Source: an uncultured Bacteroidia bacterium
GTDB lineage: Bacteria > Bacteroidota > Bacteroidia > Bacteroidales > Prolixibacteraceae
NCBI GenBank assembly: GCA_903902325.1
Contig: CAIUUO010000202.1
Span: 6,262-70,261 of the forward strand
DNA length: 64,000 nucleotides
Reading direction: 5' to 3'
The notes under the pieces were generated by a model. The model did not search any database, was not told where the DNA came from, and saw only the letters and a list, made by a program, of their open reading frames with translations. The translations under genes and the position numbers were made by a program. Shown piece by piece: positions 44,780-54,510 of this stretch. Within the stretch, counting starts at the first letter, position 1. Each line of letters opens with the position of its first letter.

Positions 44780-47551
44780 TCATCCCGTCGAACCCAGTGC
44801 ATTGGCGATGGCATTGATTGACTTCAGCAGGGTAGTGTTTTGCTGCATCTTGAGGTTGTCATTTGCTGATTCTGCGTTTTCGCGCCATAACCTGAGGGTT
44901 TGCACCTGGATAAGGTGAACTGTATCCAGCGCCACTGCCCTGAGACGTGTCGAATAGTAGTGGTTTTGCCTTCTTTGCTCAAAAGGAAGCTGAAGTAGTT
45001 CCGTCAGTAAAGATTCCGTCAATTTGTATTCATCCAAAATCATCTGTAAAATTTCCTCCCTGATGGGTTGTTCCTTAACCAGCGTGGCATATAATTCGAT
45101 AATGGCCGGATCCGTCGCAGCCAGACCGGAATCTACGTTTGTGAACAGGTATCGGAGCAGGGGATGTGTGGGTATAAGTTGGCAAAGCAGAGCGTATTTC
45201 TCCGGTTCATGCTCTTTCAACTGCCGAAGGGCGCTGCCTACGCCATACCAGCTGGTAATATTGACCCGGCACTGACTCCAGCTGAAAACCCAGGGAATGG
45301 CCCTCAAATCTTCCAGGGTTCGCTGATTCGTTCGCCTCGACGGACGTGAGCCTATTTTGCTCGTTTCGATGACATCAATGGGTGTTGCCTGTTCGAAAAA
45401 CCGAATGAAATCGGGATGACGCGTGAGTTCCAGATAGGTTTTATAACTATCTGCGGCCATGGTGCGCATCAGTTCAAAGAAATGATCGTCCACGGAATAG
45501 TGGTTGGCAAGTGTATTGAGCAGTGCACCCGAGGTAAGCAATTCGAGGTTGAAAGCAGCATTTACCTTGTTTGCATATTTTCTTTCGATGGTTTCACCCT
45601 GTTCTGTGAGCCTGAGTTTACCGCAAAGCGAGCCAGGCGGGAGTGAACGCATGAACCAGTGCATTGGTCCTGCGCCACGGCTGATACTGCCTCCCTTGCC
45701 ATGAAAGAAAATTACATCCACGCCATGCTGACGTCCAATTTCAGCCAGTCTGTACTGGGCTTCAAACAGATTCCACTGACTGGCAAGAATACCGCCATCC
45801 TTGTTGCTGTCGCTGTATCCGATCATGATTTCGGCAACGGGCCGGCTGTATCCTTTTGCCTCCATGTCCAGGCGCAGGGTATTGGCAACGATTGTATTGG
45901 ACAGAAATTCACCGAAAATACCGGGGGCATGCTGCAGGTCTTCAAGAGTTTCGAACAAAGGCACTACAGGTATCATGCATGCCGGACCATTCTCCGTTTT
46001 AATGTATAAGCCTGCTTCGCGGCAGACCAGGAAAAGGATGTACAGGTCATCCACAGTTCGTGTCATGCTGACAATCAACTTTCCAATGGCATTGGAACCA
46101 TACTTGCTGATGTGATCTGTAAGCAGGGTCAGATAACTGAGAACATTGACGGTTTCAGGCTCAGACCCTGAGTAGGTTCTGGTAAACGGACGGTACAATT
46201 TCAACTCCTCCTGCAGGAAGTCTTTGCTTAAATTACCTTCTTCGGTGAAATTGCAAGCTTCACAATTGACATCTTCCAGCAATCCTTTCAGTGCTTTTTG
46301 GTAATAGGCGCTGTTCTGCCTGATATCCAGGTGCACGAGGTGAAATCCGAAATTTTTGATGAACCGCATGGTACTTACAACCTCATTGATTGCCAGCGAG
46401 GGCGCTCCCCAGATTTTGATGGCATTTGAAAGAACATCGAGGTCGGCGAGCAGTTGCGGCGAATTCCGGTAGTGAAACCCGGGCTGAACCTTCAGGTGGT
46501 CGGCGATGGTTAGGTCGTCCGTCTGGAAAGGCAATTTTTCGATGAGCAAAAGCACGTATTGCCTGAAGGGTTCCCTCGCAGAGGATTTTAGCCATCCGGC
46601 TCCGGATTCAGGAATCAACTGATCGGATAAGAAATTCTTGTGCTGCACAAAAAAGAGCGGCAGACTGCTTTCCTGCGCATAGATGCTTAAGCTGTCGGCC
46701 AGGGCATGCAGACGCTGATGTACCATTTTTAGCGCCTCCGAGCGGAGTTTTTTCAAGGCGAATCCGGTGATTTCTGGCGTTACCAGCGGATGCCCGTCGC
46801 GGTCTCCGCCAACCCAGGTCCCAAGCGTGATTCCCGGCAGGTTGTGGTAATCCTGAAGTTCCTTCGGATCAAACCCGGCTTCCGACCATGCCTGCAACAG
46901 TTGTTTGTCCTGCTGGTCGAAAACTTCAGGGAAGACGTTGGTCAGGTAGTAGAGCATGTTTTCAAGCTCCGTCTCAACATGCGGTTTTTCAAGGTAGATA
47001 TCGTCAATGAACCATAATCTGGTCAGGATGAGATTGATCTCATTTTTGATGCTTTGCCTTTCTGTATTGGTGTAAATAGGATTTTCCAACATCACAAGTT
47101 TGAGGTAAAGATCGCGGTAGAATTTCAGGACAACGGTCCGTTTTGCTTCGGTAGGATGGGCCGTCAGAACAGGTTCAACCTCCAGATGGGACAGCGTTGC
47201 GGCGATTTGTTCCTGTTCGATGCCTTTCGATTTCAGTTCGGCAAAAGTGTGCGCCCAACTACCGTTGATGCTGCTGATTCCATTCTTTTGCTGTTTTTGT
47301 CGCCGGCTCTGAACCGCCCAATTGACTTCACACAAATTCAGAAGCTGAAAACAAATCGAGTAAAGATGAACCACCTTTTGCTCCATCCCTTCTGGGATTT
47401 CGGCAACGGGATTGTTCAGCCAGGGTACAAATCCTGTCAGTTCCTTTTCATTGTTGGCTTCGAGTACTTCCGTCAGGCAACGAAGCAAAAAGAGCAGATC
47501 CTCGTATGGTTTTCCAATTATCCTGATGTTTTCCTGGAGTACAGGGTGCAT
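44780..47551 (-). CDS. ppc: Phosphoenolpyruvate carboxylase
   Basis: 923 aa with hallmark motifs VLTAHPTE, MIGYSDSNKDGG and FHGKGGSISRGAGP. The C-terminus ends in NALGSTG (the family typically ends in TG). Confidence 0.95.
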   Translation of the reverse strand: MHPVLQENIRIIGKPYEDLLFLLRCLTEVLEANNEKELTGFVPWLNNPVAEIPEGMEQKVVHLYSICFQLLNLCEVNWAVQSRRQKQQKNGISSINGSWAHTFAELKSKGIEQEQIAATLSHLEVEPVLTAHPTEAKRTVVLKFYRDLYLKLVMLENPIYTNTERQSIKNEINLILTRLWFIDDIYLEKPHVETELENMLYYLTNVFPEVFDQQDKQLLQAWSEAGFDPKELQDYHNLPGITLGTWVGGDRDGHPLVTPEITGFALKKLRSEALKMVHQRLHALADSLSIYAQESSLPLFFVQHKNFLSDQLIPESGAGWLKSSAREPFRQYVLLLIEKLPFQTDDLTIADHLKVQPGFHYRNSPQLLADLDVLSNAIKIWGAPSLAINEVVSTMRFIKNFGFHLVHLDIRQNSAYYQKALKGLLEDVNCEACNFTEEGNLSKDFLQEELKLYRPFTRTYSGSEPETVNVLSYLTLLTDHISKYGSNAIGKLIVSMTRTVDDLYILFLVCREAGLYIKTENGPACMIPVVPLFETLEDLQHAPGIFGEFLSNTIVANTLRLDMEAKGYSRPVAEIMIGYSDSNKDGGILASQWNLFEAQYRLAEIGRQHGVDVIFFHGKGGSISRGAGPMHWFMRSLPPGSLCGKLRLTEQGETIERKYANKVNAAFNLELLTSGALLNTLANHYSVDDHFFELMRTMAADSYKTYLELTRHPDFIRFFEQATPIDVIETSKIGSRPSRRTNQRTLEDLRAIPWVFSWSQCRVNITSWYGVGSALRQLKEHEPEKYALLCQLIPTHPLLRYLFTNVDSGLAATDPAIIELYATLVKEQPIREEILQMILDEYKLTESLLTELLQLPFEQRRQNHYYSTRLRAVALDTVHLIQVQTLRLWRENAESANDNLKMQQNTTLLKSINAIANALGSTG

Positions 47552-47760
47552 GGCGTTATTTTAAAGTTGAATAAAATTAGTACTATTTCTTACGATAACG
47601 ACCGGATAATGTTTGACGATGGAATCCTGAATTCAATGGTAACATCAAAATAATTTAACATGGTGTTTGAATATGATAGTTAAAAACCTTTGAATCCGGC
47701 CCAGGATTTGTAAATTAGCAGTTTAGTCAGGCCGCGTAAAATCTTAAAATTTCTAATCCA

Positions 47761-48738
47761 ATGAATCCAAATCCTATCAGGGAGTTTGCCTCCTCCTTCC
47801 AGAAAAGCAGGATACTGCTGAGCGGTTTCGAGCTTGACCTGTTTACAAATGTGGATGAATCCGGTTCTACTGCCTACCAGATTGCTTGCAAACTGAATCT
47901 GGACATTCATGCTTGCGACCGGTTGCTAAATGCCCTTGCATCCCTTGGCTTTTTAACAAAGCAGAATCTGTTGTTTTTCAATACTCCTGAAAGTTATTGC
48001 TTCCTGTCAAAAAGGAGTCCGGATTATCTGGGCGGACTGATGCATACCAACCACCTCTGGAACACATGGAGTAATCTCACGAAGGTGGTGAAGACAGGAA
48101 AATCGGCGCATCCTGAAGAAATCAATGTGAGGGGAGATGATTGGTTGTTCGCATTTATCAGCGCCATGCACGATAGGGCTACGAAGCAGGCTCCCGGGCA
48201 ATTGTCCGGGCTTGACATTTCAGATGTCCGGTCATTGTTGGATGTCGGCGGTGGCTCCGGCGCCTATTCCATGGAATTCGTCAGCAGGAAACCCGACATG
48301 GAAGCCACTGTTTTTGATCTTCCCAATGTAGTACCGATCACCAGACATTTTGTCGACAAGGAAGGTTTTTCCGGCAAAATCCAGACTTGTACGGGTGATT
48401 ATACCACTGAAAACCTGCCTGAAGGGTTTGACCTTGTGTTCCTGTCGGCGATCATTCACAGCAATTCGCTGGAGGTTAACGGCGATCTGATTAAAAAATG
48501 TTTCAAGGCTCTGAATAAGAACGGCAAGATCATCATCCAGGACTGGGTCATGAACAACGAGCGGACCAAACCGACTGCCGGTGCAATTTTTGCCATCAAC
48601 ATGCTTGTGGGTACCGAAGCTGGCGACTGCTTTACGGAAGAAGAGGTATTCGGGATGCTTGAAACGGCCGGATTCGGGAATATTACGAGGGTCGAGTTTG
48701 AATCAGGACTAAGTCAGGTAATTGCCCGAAAGATTTAA
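47761..48738 (+). CDS. SAM-dependent O-methyltransferase (family 2, with N-terminal dimerisation/winged-helix domain)
   Basis: 325 aa with SAM motif I LLDVGGGSGAYS and acidic loop VFDLP. The overall layout matches O-methyltransferase family 2. Confidence 0.85.
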   Translation: MNPNPIREFASSFQKSRILLSGFELDLFTNVDESGSTAYQIACKLNLDIHACDRLLNALASLGFLTKQNLLFFNTPESYCFLSKRSPDYLGGLMHTNHLWNTWSNLTKVVKTGKSAHPEEINVRGDDWLFAFISAMHDRATKQAPGQLSGLDISDVRSLLDVGGGSGAYSMEFVSRKPDMEATVFDLPNVVPITRHFVDKEGFSGKIQTCTGDYTTENLPEGFDLVFLSAIIHSNSLEVNGDLIKKCFKALNKNGKIIIQDWVMNNERTKPTAGAIFAINMLVGTEAGDCFTEEEVFGMLETAGFGNITRVEFESGLSQVIARKI

Positions 48739-48739
48739 T

Positions 48740-48961
48740 AATTCGACGATTAGTTAATTCGACAATTCGACAATGGGCTGATGTGCCAATTCGGTAATTC
48801 GATAATTGAAAATTTGTTTGTTAGAATATTATCATTAAATACTTTAGTCATCTCTTTCATCATCGTCGAATTGTCACATTGTCGAATTGTCGAATTGTCA
48901 CATTGTCGAATTGTCGAATTGTCGAATTGTCACATTGTCGAATTGTCACCTTGTCGAATTA
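48740..48961. repeat. Octamer tandem repeat arrays arranged as inverted arms (AATTCGAC / GTCGAATT)
   Basis: The left arm is aattcgacgattagttaattcgacaattcgacaat...aattcggtaattcgataattg. The right arm has about 12 units of attgtcga/attgtcac at 48864-48961. The arms are reverse complements flanking an AT-rich spacer, between convergent genes. Confidence 0.9.
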
Positions 48962-51826
48962 TTCTCCGTAGCCTGTCTCTTTCCCCTTTAGTACAGCCGG
49001 AATGCCTTCCTTCATCCATTTCGGTTCTGGTCCACCCTTGAGGAAATGGTCGAAAAACTGGCTCATCCGGATGGAGAGATCCTGCCTGTTGGGACGCTTG
49101 GTGAGGTTGTGCTCCTCGCCGTTGTAACTGAGCAACCAGGCAGGTTTGCCCAGACGGCGCATGGCCGTGAAAAGTTCGATTCCCTGGTACCATGGCACCG
49201 CTCCGTCCGTGTCGTTGCTCATAATCAGCAGGGGAGTGGTGATCCGGTCTGCAAAGAAGATGGGAGAATTTTCAATGAACAAATCCCGTTTATCCCAAAG
49301 TGTTCCTCCGATTCGGCTCTGGCCATGTTCGTACTGGAACTCTCGTACCACGCCGCTTTCCCAGCGAATACCGCCATAGGCAGACGTCATATTGCTCACT
49401 GGCGCTCCGGCCATGGCAGCCTTGAACATACCTGTCTGTGTCACCATAAACGCTGTCTGGTAACCACCCCAGCTTTGTCCCTGAAGTCCCATGTTGGCTG
49501 CATCGATGTACGGGCGTTTCATTAGTTCAAGTGTTCCGCTCATGATGGAATTGTAGGCATCCTTCCCGGGATGACCCGTGGTATAGGTGATGTCCGGTAC
49601 AAAGACAATGTATCCGTTGCTGTTGTAATGGGGGAAATTGACAGTCGACCTCGAGGGTGACGGCACATAGTGGGAGTTCAGTTTATCCGAATAGCGCTCA
49701 TAATAATAGACGATCATCGGATATTTTTTGGCGGGATCGAAGTTTTCGGGTTTGTATAGCAGCCCTTTCATCTCCTTGCCCTCAAGGGTTGTCCACTTGA
49801 GCTGTTCAACTGTTCCCCACCAATATTGATTCTGTTGCGGATTGGCGTTGGAAAGTTTTTTCGCAGACTTGAAATCGGCACTGCTCTGCCACAAATCGGG
49901 ATAAACGGTGTAGGAAGATTTTTGCCAGATTAGTTGATCCGCGTTTTTTGCCTTGATGGGAACAGTATAGTCATTGTCTGACCGTACCAGACTGGTTAAC
50001 AGGCATGGATTGTTCAGTTTCAGGGTGACAAATCCTTGTTTACAACTCACTTCTTCTACGGCTTTCAGTAGAAGGGGTTCTGATGGATTGATGCACAAAG
50101 CCTCGGGATCAAGGTTGATATAGCGGTAGGAAGTTTTCTCGCTGCGTCCTGAAATGGTAAGGTTTACAGGTGGTTTGACTGCATTTGGATCGAACTGCCA
50201 GATGTCGTACTGGTCGTAGATCAGAATGGCCTCATCGTTTTTGGTCCAGCCTGCGATGCCATAAGGTCCGGGAATAGACGGTATGTCGTTCTTCTCATTG
50301 AAAAATGCAACAGGAATTGTTGCGTTCAGGATCTTGGACTGGAATTTGATCAGATCCATGCAAAACCATGCCTTTTCAACTCCTTCGTACCAATAGTAGT
50401 ATTTGCCGTCGGGTGAAATATCTCCCGGAAAGGATTTCTTCAACAAAATCTGTTTCCTGGTACCCGTTTTCAGATCAATCAGGTAGATATCGCGGTAGCT
50501 GGCTTCCTCCCAGGATGAGAGCTTCTCGTACGGTTTTTCGGAATAACCGATGGCCAGCTCTCCATTGCCTTTTTGGATGGTCTTGACCCGCGTGACCAGC
50601 GTGTCGGCCAGTTGGATGACTTTCCTGTCGGGGATGCGGTACACGGCATTGTAACTTTGCTTCAGGTCGTTGTCCATTTCCTTGAGCTGCTGCGACTGCA
50701 GTCTTCCGTCCTGCCAGTTCCAGACATCCACCTTCGTTTTCTCCTCATCCAGGAGGGTGTCTTTCGGTTGAGACCATATTTTTGGAGCAGTGCCGAAATA
50801 GAGTTTATTCCCATCCTCCGAAAAATTGAGCTTGCCGTTTTCGCTCACTTCCCAGTATCTTGGCATTCCCGGTGTGAGCGTATCGGCAATTGCCTTGGGA
50901 GCATTCTGCTTTTCATTCCATAAATTCAGGCTGTAGCGCTTCACCTTTGCGGTATCCTTCGTGAACAGGTAAGCCACCTGCCTTCCTGCATCATCTGCGA
51001 GCACTTTCTTGGCCAGTCCGTTGCCTATGTTCAGCATCTTTTCCTGAAGGATGCGGGTATCAAAAATATGCACCGCAGAGGTATCGACAGTGTCCTTTTT
51101 TAAAGTGATGAAAGCGCACAGGGCGCCGTTCTTCGAGAAGGTGAATTCGGTTACGTTTTCATAGATAAATTTGGCTCCGGTAACTGGGTTAGAAATTGTT
51201 AGCAGGGCCGTTTCCACCTCGCTGAAGACACCTTTTTTTGGTTTCTTTTCCTTCTCTTTTTTGGGTTCGTTTACCGTTTTAAGTAGGGAGCTATCCTTTG
51301 CCGATTTTAATTTCAGGCTGTCTTTTGGTTCACCTTTCGGTTTGGCTGTATCTTTTGATTTCTCCTGCAGAAATGCGATCCACGCTCCACCCTCTTTTGG
51401 CATCTGGAACGATTTCACCCTGGGTATTTTAACCAAAGAGTCAGTTTTCAACAAACGAATGCCCAGCGAGTCTTTTGGCAGATCTTCCTTTTTGGTCTTT
51501 GCCAGTTTGAGTTTATGCAGAACCGGCTCCGGCTGCTTGATCTTAAATGCCACCAGCTCGGAGCCACTGCTGAATGCTGCCTCCTGTCCCCGGGGCAGGG
51601 AATCGTGCTTTCCTGTCAGAAGGTTCTGCAAATGCAGAAAACCATCGCCCTTTTGGGGATTCACTTCATACGACACCACCTGGCCGTTGGGCGAGATCTG
51701 TGGTTTTGCCATCTCCTTCCAGTTGTCATAATCCGAATTGGAGAGTGATTTTTTTGTAACGGTTTGGGATGATACTGAAGCAGCAGCCATCGATAAAAGG
51801 ATATACAGGAAAATTGTTTTTGTCAT
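48959..51826 (-). CDS. S9 family serine peptidase (prolyl oligopeptidase/dipeptidyl peptidase-like) with N-terminal beta-propeller
   Basis: 955 aa with a signal peptide. Catalytic Ser motif GLQGQSWGGYQTA, Asp context MSNDTDGAVP and His context YNGEEHNL. Confidence 0.9.
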   Translation of the reverse strand: MTKTIFLYILLSMAAASVSSQTVTKKSLSNSDYDNWKEMAKPQISPNGQVVSYEVNPQKGDGFLHLQNLLTGKHDSLPRGQEAAFSSGSELVAFKIKQPEPVLHKLKLAKTKKEDLPKDSLGIRLLKTDSLVKIPRVKSFQMPKEGGAWIAFLQEKSKDTAKPKGEPKDSLKLKSAKDSSLLKTVNEPKKEKEKKPKKGVFSEVETALLTISNPVTGAKFIYENVTEFTFSKNGALCAFITLKKDTVDTSAVHIFDTRILQEKMLNIGNGLAKKVLADDAGRQVAYLFTKDTAKVKRYSLNLWNEKQNAPKAIADTLTPGMPRYWEVSENGKLNFSEDGNKLYFGTAPKIWSQPKDTLLDEEKTKVDVWNWQDGRLQSQQLKEMDNDLKQSYNAVYRIPDRKVIQLADTLVTRVKTIQKGNGELAIGYSEKPYEKLSSWEEASYRDIYLIDLKTGTRKQILLKKSFPGDISPDGKYYYWYEGVEKAWFCMDLIKFQSKILNATIPVAFFNEKNDIPSIPGPYGIAGWTKNDEAILIYDQYDIWQFDPNAVKPPVNLTISGRSEKTSYRYINLDPEALCINPSEPLLLKAVEEVSCKQGFVTLKLNNPCLLTSLVRSDNDYTVPIKAKNADQLIWQKSSYTVYPDLWQSSADFKSAKKLSNANPQQNQYWWGTVEQLKWTTLEGKEMKGLLYKPENFDPAKKYPMIVYYYERYSDKLNSHYVPSPSRSTVNFPHYNSNGYIVFVPDITYTTGHPGKDAYNSIMSGTLELMKRPYIDAANMGLQGQSWGGYQTAFMVTQTGMFKAAMAGAPVSNMTSAYGGIRWESGVVREFQYEHGQSRIGGTLWDKRDLFIENSPIFFADRITTPLLIMSNDTDGAVPWYQGIELFTAMRRLGKPAWLLSYNGEEHNLTKRPNRQDLSIRMSQFFDHFLKGGPEPKWMKEGIPAVLKGKETGYGE

Positions 51827-51949
51827 GGTTCACGAGTTTCAGAAAAGTGGGCTCAAGATAGGATTTATGCAGGAATTTTTAAAAGTTAATGAAGCGATAA
51901 ATTTTTTTATTCATGGATAAGATATTCAAGTTTCAGAGAAGGAGGAATG

Positions 51950-52085
51950 TACCCGAACGGGTATTTATTGATTGATTTACGCTATATTTATACCCGATCG
52001 GGTATAAAAAAGATATTTTTGCAATATTTGTACCCGAAAGGGTATATTGTTACAATTAATTGTTATATTTGTACCCGATAAGGTA
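51950..52085 (+). promoter_or_regulatory. Four phased palindromic operators (TACCCGAnnGGGTA) plus a -7 promoter box upstream of the hipB-like gene
   Basis: Operator sites: TACCCGAACGGGTA (51950-51963); TATACCCGATCGGGTATA, a perfect 18-bp palindrome (51989-52006); TACCCGAAAGGGTA (52031-52044); and TACCCGATAAGGTA (52072-52085). Their centres are spaced 40-41 bp apart. A TATATTTG sequence (TAnnTTTG -7 box) at 52064-52071 overlaps the last site, and the ATG is at 52092. Confidence 0.6.
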
Positions 52086-52091
52086 TAAATT

Positions 52092-52370
52092 ATGCTACTG
52101 AAAGAATTTGTCAGAGAGAAAAGAGGCGCTGCAAAGCTTACTCAGCCAGAGTTGGCCGAAAAGGCAGGCGTAGGATTGCGCTTTGTTCGTGAACTGGAAA
52201 AAGGCAAGGATACCCTGCGTATGGACAAAATAAACCAGGTGTTGAAGTTGTTTGGGTATGAAGTGGGACCCATTGCAATGGACAGGGATGTTCTGGTGAT
52301 GAATGAGCCGGAGACCTTAAATTATACAGGAAATGAAGCTGCCCGCCCAGAAAGGAGGACTCAACCATGA
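52092..52370 (+). CDS. hipB: XRE-family helix-turn-helix protein (HipB-like)
   Basis: 92 aa with the HTH segment LTQPELAEKAGVGLRFVRELEKGK. It is the first gene of a three-gene operon with ATGA start/stop overlaps. Confidence 0.8.
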   Translation: MLLKEFVREKRGAAKLTQPELAEKAGVGLRFVRELEKGKDTLRMDKINQVLKLFGYEVGPIAMDRDVLVMNEPETLNYTGNEAARPERRTQP

Positions 52371-52699
52371 GAAAGGTTGAAGTGAAGATCCATGATCGAA
52401 CAGCCGGTTGGCTAATGCAGGATGAGACAGGGTATCATTTTAGGTATGATGCCATTTATCTGGAATCGTCAGAAAAGGAACCGGTCAGTCTGACCCTTCC
52501 TTTGAATAAAATCTCCTTTTCAAGCAAGGTACTCTTTCCATTTTTTGATGGACTGATTCCCGAGGGATGGCTGCTTGATATCGCTGAGAGGAATTGGAAA
52601 CTGAATCCCCGCGACCGCATGGGATTGTTGATGGCATGTTGCGGGGATTGTATCGGAGCAGTAAGTATTTATCCTGTTAAGGAGGAGGATCAAACATGA
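52367..52699 (+). CDS. hipS: HipA N-terminal-subdomain protein (HipS-like)
   Basis: 110 aa. Carries TAGWLMQDETGYHFRYDAIY and FFDGLIPEGW, typical of the HipA N-terminal (couple_hipA) domain. A 4-nt overlap links it to both neighbours. Confidence 0.75.
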   Translation: MRKVEVKIHDRTAGWLMQDETGYHFRYDAIYLESSEKEPVSLTLPLNKISFSSKVLFPFFDGLIPEGWLLDIAERNWKLNPRDRMGLLMACCGDCIGAVSIYPVKEEDQT

Positions 52700-53643
52700 A
52701 AAGATGTTTGTATTGTTATCAGCAGCTAAAGGAAGACGAAAAGGATTTTCACGCCCGGTGCAGCAAAAAAATCTTTGGACTATCCACGCCTCCGCAGTTG
52801 GACTATTCTGAATCAGAAATGGAAAAGCTGGCAGGGGAGGTCGTTCGCAGTCAAATTGCTTTAACGGGAGTGCAACCTAAGATTTCATTGGAACTCTCCT
52901 CTCTAAAAAACAGAAACGAGCCACGAAGATTTACAATTGTAGGTTTGTGGGGTGGATATATCTTAAAACCGCCGACCTTCAGGTATCCTCAATTGCCAGA
53001 AGTTGAAGATTTAACCATGCATCTGGCAAGGATTGCAAAAATAGATGTTGTGCCACATTGCCTCATCCGGCTCCGGTCAGGGAATCTGTCCTATATTACC
53101 AAGCGCATTGATCGTTCAGGCATTGGGAAAATCCACATGGAGGACATGTGCCAGTTGACTGAAAAATTAACAGAAGATAAATACCACGGTTCCTACGAGC
53201 AGATAGCCAAAACCATATTGAGATATTCTGCCAACCCCGGACTGGACGTAATTAATTTCTTCGAGTTGGTGCTTTTTTCCTTTCTCACAGGCAATGCAGA
53301 TATGCATTTAAAGAATTTTTCTTTGATCCATAAGCCTGAAACCGGATCAGTCCTCTCACCTGCCTATGACCTGGTTGCGACAGCGCTTGTCAATCCAGCC
53401 GATGATGAGGATTGTGCATTGATGCTGAATGGCAAAAAGAAAAAATTAAAGCGCAAGGATTTTGTTGTGGCATTCACCACCCTGAAACTGGATCCAAAAC
53501 AGCAGGAGTCTATTTTCAGGAAAATGGAGAATGCAAAAGACAAATGGATGGAATTTATCGATATCAGTTTCCTGAGCGATGATTTCAAGGAGAGTTACAA
53601 ACAATTGATATGTGAAAGATTTCTTAGACTTTCACTAAAGTAA
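52696..53643 (+). CDS. hipT: HipA-family Ser/Thr kinase core (HipT-like toxin)
   Basis: 315 aa. Nucleotide-loop region LTGVQPKISL, catalytic loop GNADMHLKNFSL and Mg-binding SPAYDLV. The N-terminus has a Cys/His motif (CLYCYQQL ... FHARCSKK). Confidence 0.8.
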   Translation: MKRCLYCYQQLKEDEKDFHARCSKKIFGLSTPPQLDYSESEMEKLAGEVVRSQIALTGVQPKISLELSSLKNRNEPRRFTIVGLWGGYILKPPTFRYPQLPEVEDLTMHLARIAKIDVVPHCLIRLRSGNLSYITKRIDRSGIGKIHMEDMCQLTEKLTEDKYHGSYEQIAKTILRYSANPGLDVINFFELVLFSFLTGNADMHLKNFSLIHKPETGSVLSPAYDLVATALVNPADDEDCALMLNGKKKKLKRKDFVVAFTTLKLDPKQQESIFRKMENAKDKWMEFIDISFLSDDFKESYKQLICERFLRLSLK

Positions 53644-53828
53644 AGTAATAATTATTATCGCTGCATTGAAAAGTGTTGGCATTGTTTTAGATTTCTTGAA
53701 TTATTTTATTGAAAACTATATAATCTCTAATCTAATTTTGGGATTGATTGTTAATCATTTTTTACCAAGAAACCCACACTAAATCTAGAAATAATTGATA
53801 ATGCACCTGAACCTAATACTATTGCTAA

Positions 53829-54341
53829 ATGAAAACAATTAAACTTAGCCTGATGATCTTGATGGCCGGATTATTACTGGTCAACAATCCGGTTTATTCC
53901 CAGAACAAATATGAGGTGGCCTTTGGAGTTGGGGTACCGGAATTACTGAGCGCAAGGATAAAATATGGTCGAAATCTGCAGGTAGGTGTGTGTGCAGGGT
54001 TTTACACCTTTGACTGGTATGGAAGTACTGTTTTGGATTGGTCTGTTGCAGCGGAGGTAACCTATCATTTCCTGGGTAAATCAAAATTTGTGGAAGTGTC
54101 ACCCTGGTATGTTTTGGGCGGATTAGGGTATTTTCACCTTCCTGTTTACAATATCTATGAAGATTATGATGTGGCTTGTTACCCAAGAATTGGCAGGACT
54201 TTTAATTTTTCAAAACGAGTAGGAATAAATATGGACATTGGCGCCTTTCTTCCATTGTCGGCAGCAACGGATATCTATCCCTATTCCTATAGTTTTCAGG
54301 CGTTATGGTGTGGAAATGTTAATTTTTTTGTAAGATTTTGA
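53829..54341 (+). CDS. Small outer-membrane beta-barrel protein (OmpW/porin-family-like)
   Basis: 170 aa with a signal peptide ending VYSQ. It shows a Gly/aromatic alternating pattern and ends NFFVRF. Confidence 0.5.
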   Translation: MKTIKLSLMILMAGLLLVNNPVYSQNKYEVAFGVGVPELLSARIKYGRNLQVGVCAGFYTFDWYGSTVLDWSVAAEVTYHFLGKSKFVEVSPWYVLGGLGYFHLPVYNIYEDYDVACYPRIGRTFNFSKRVGINMDIGAFLPLSAATDIYPYSYSFQALWCGNVNFFVRF

Positions 54342-54510
54342 GCATTTCCACGCTGTATTGACTATACCCTCACCGGAGGTTCAGCAGTGCAGAATGATGC
54401 CGGAACAAGGTAATAGATAAAGTTTTTTTGTGAAAAAATAGTGCAGATATGCTGCATATCCCATAAAAAAAGAGCCACAATTTTATTTGTAACTCTTTGA
54501 TATTCAATTT

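Noticed and set aside
44533-44817. ORFs 44533..44817 (+) and 44611..44814 (-) in the ppc downstream region
   Set aside because: Both are low-complexity translations of the ctccgtc/ttttcaca repeat arrays. They overlap a terminator hairpin and the ppc 3' end, and show no protein-like composition.
48781-49041. 86-aa ORF and a CRISPR-like impression from the regular repeats at 48864-48961
   Set aside because: The period is only 8 nt and there are no unique spacers, so it is a microsatellite-like array and not a CRISPR. The ORF translation (IVELSHCRIVELSHCRIVELSNCH...) is simply the repeat read in frame. It also overlaps the real S9 peptidase gene end.
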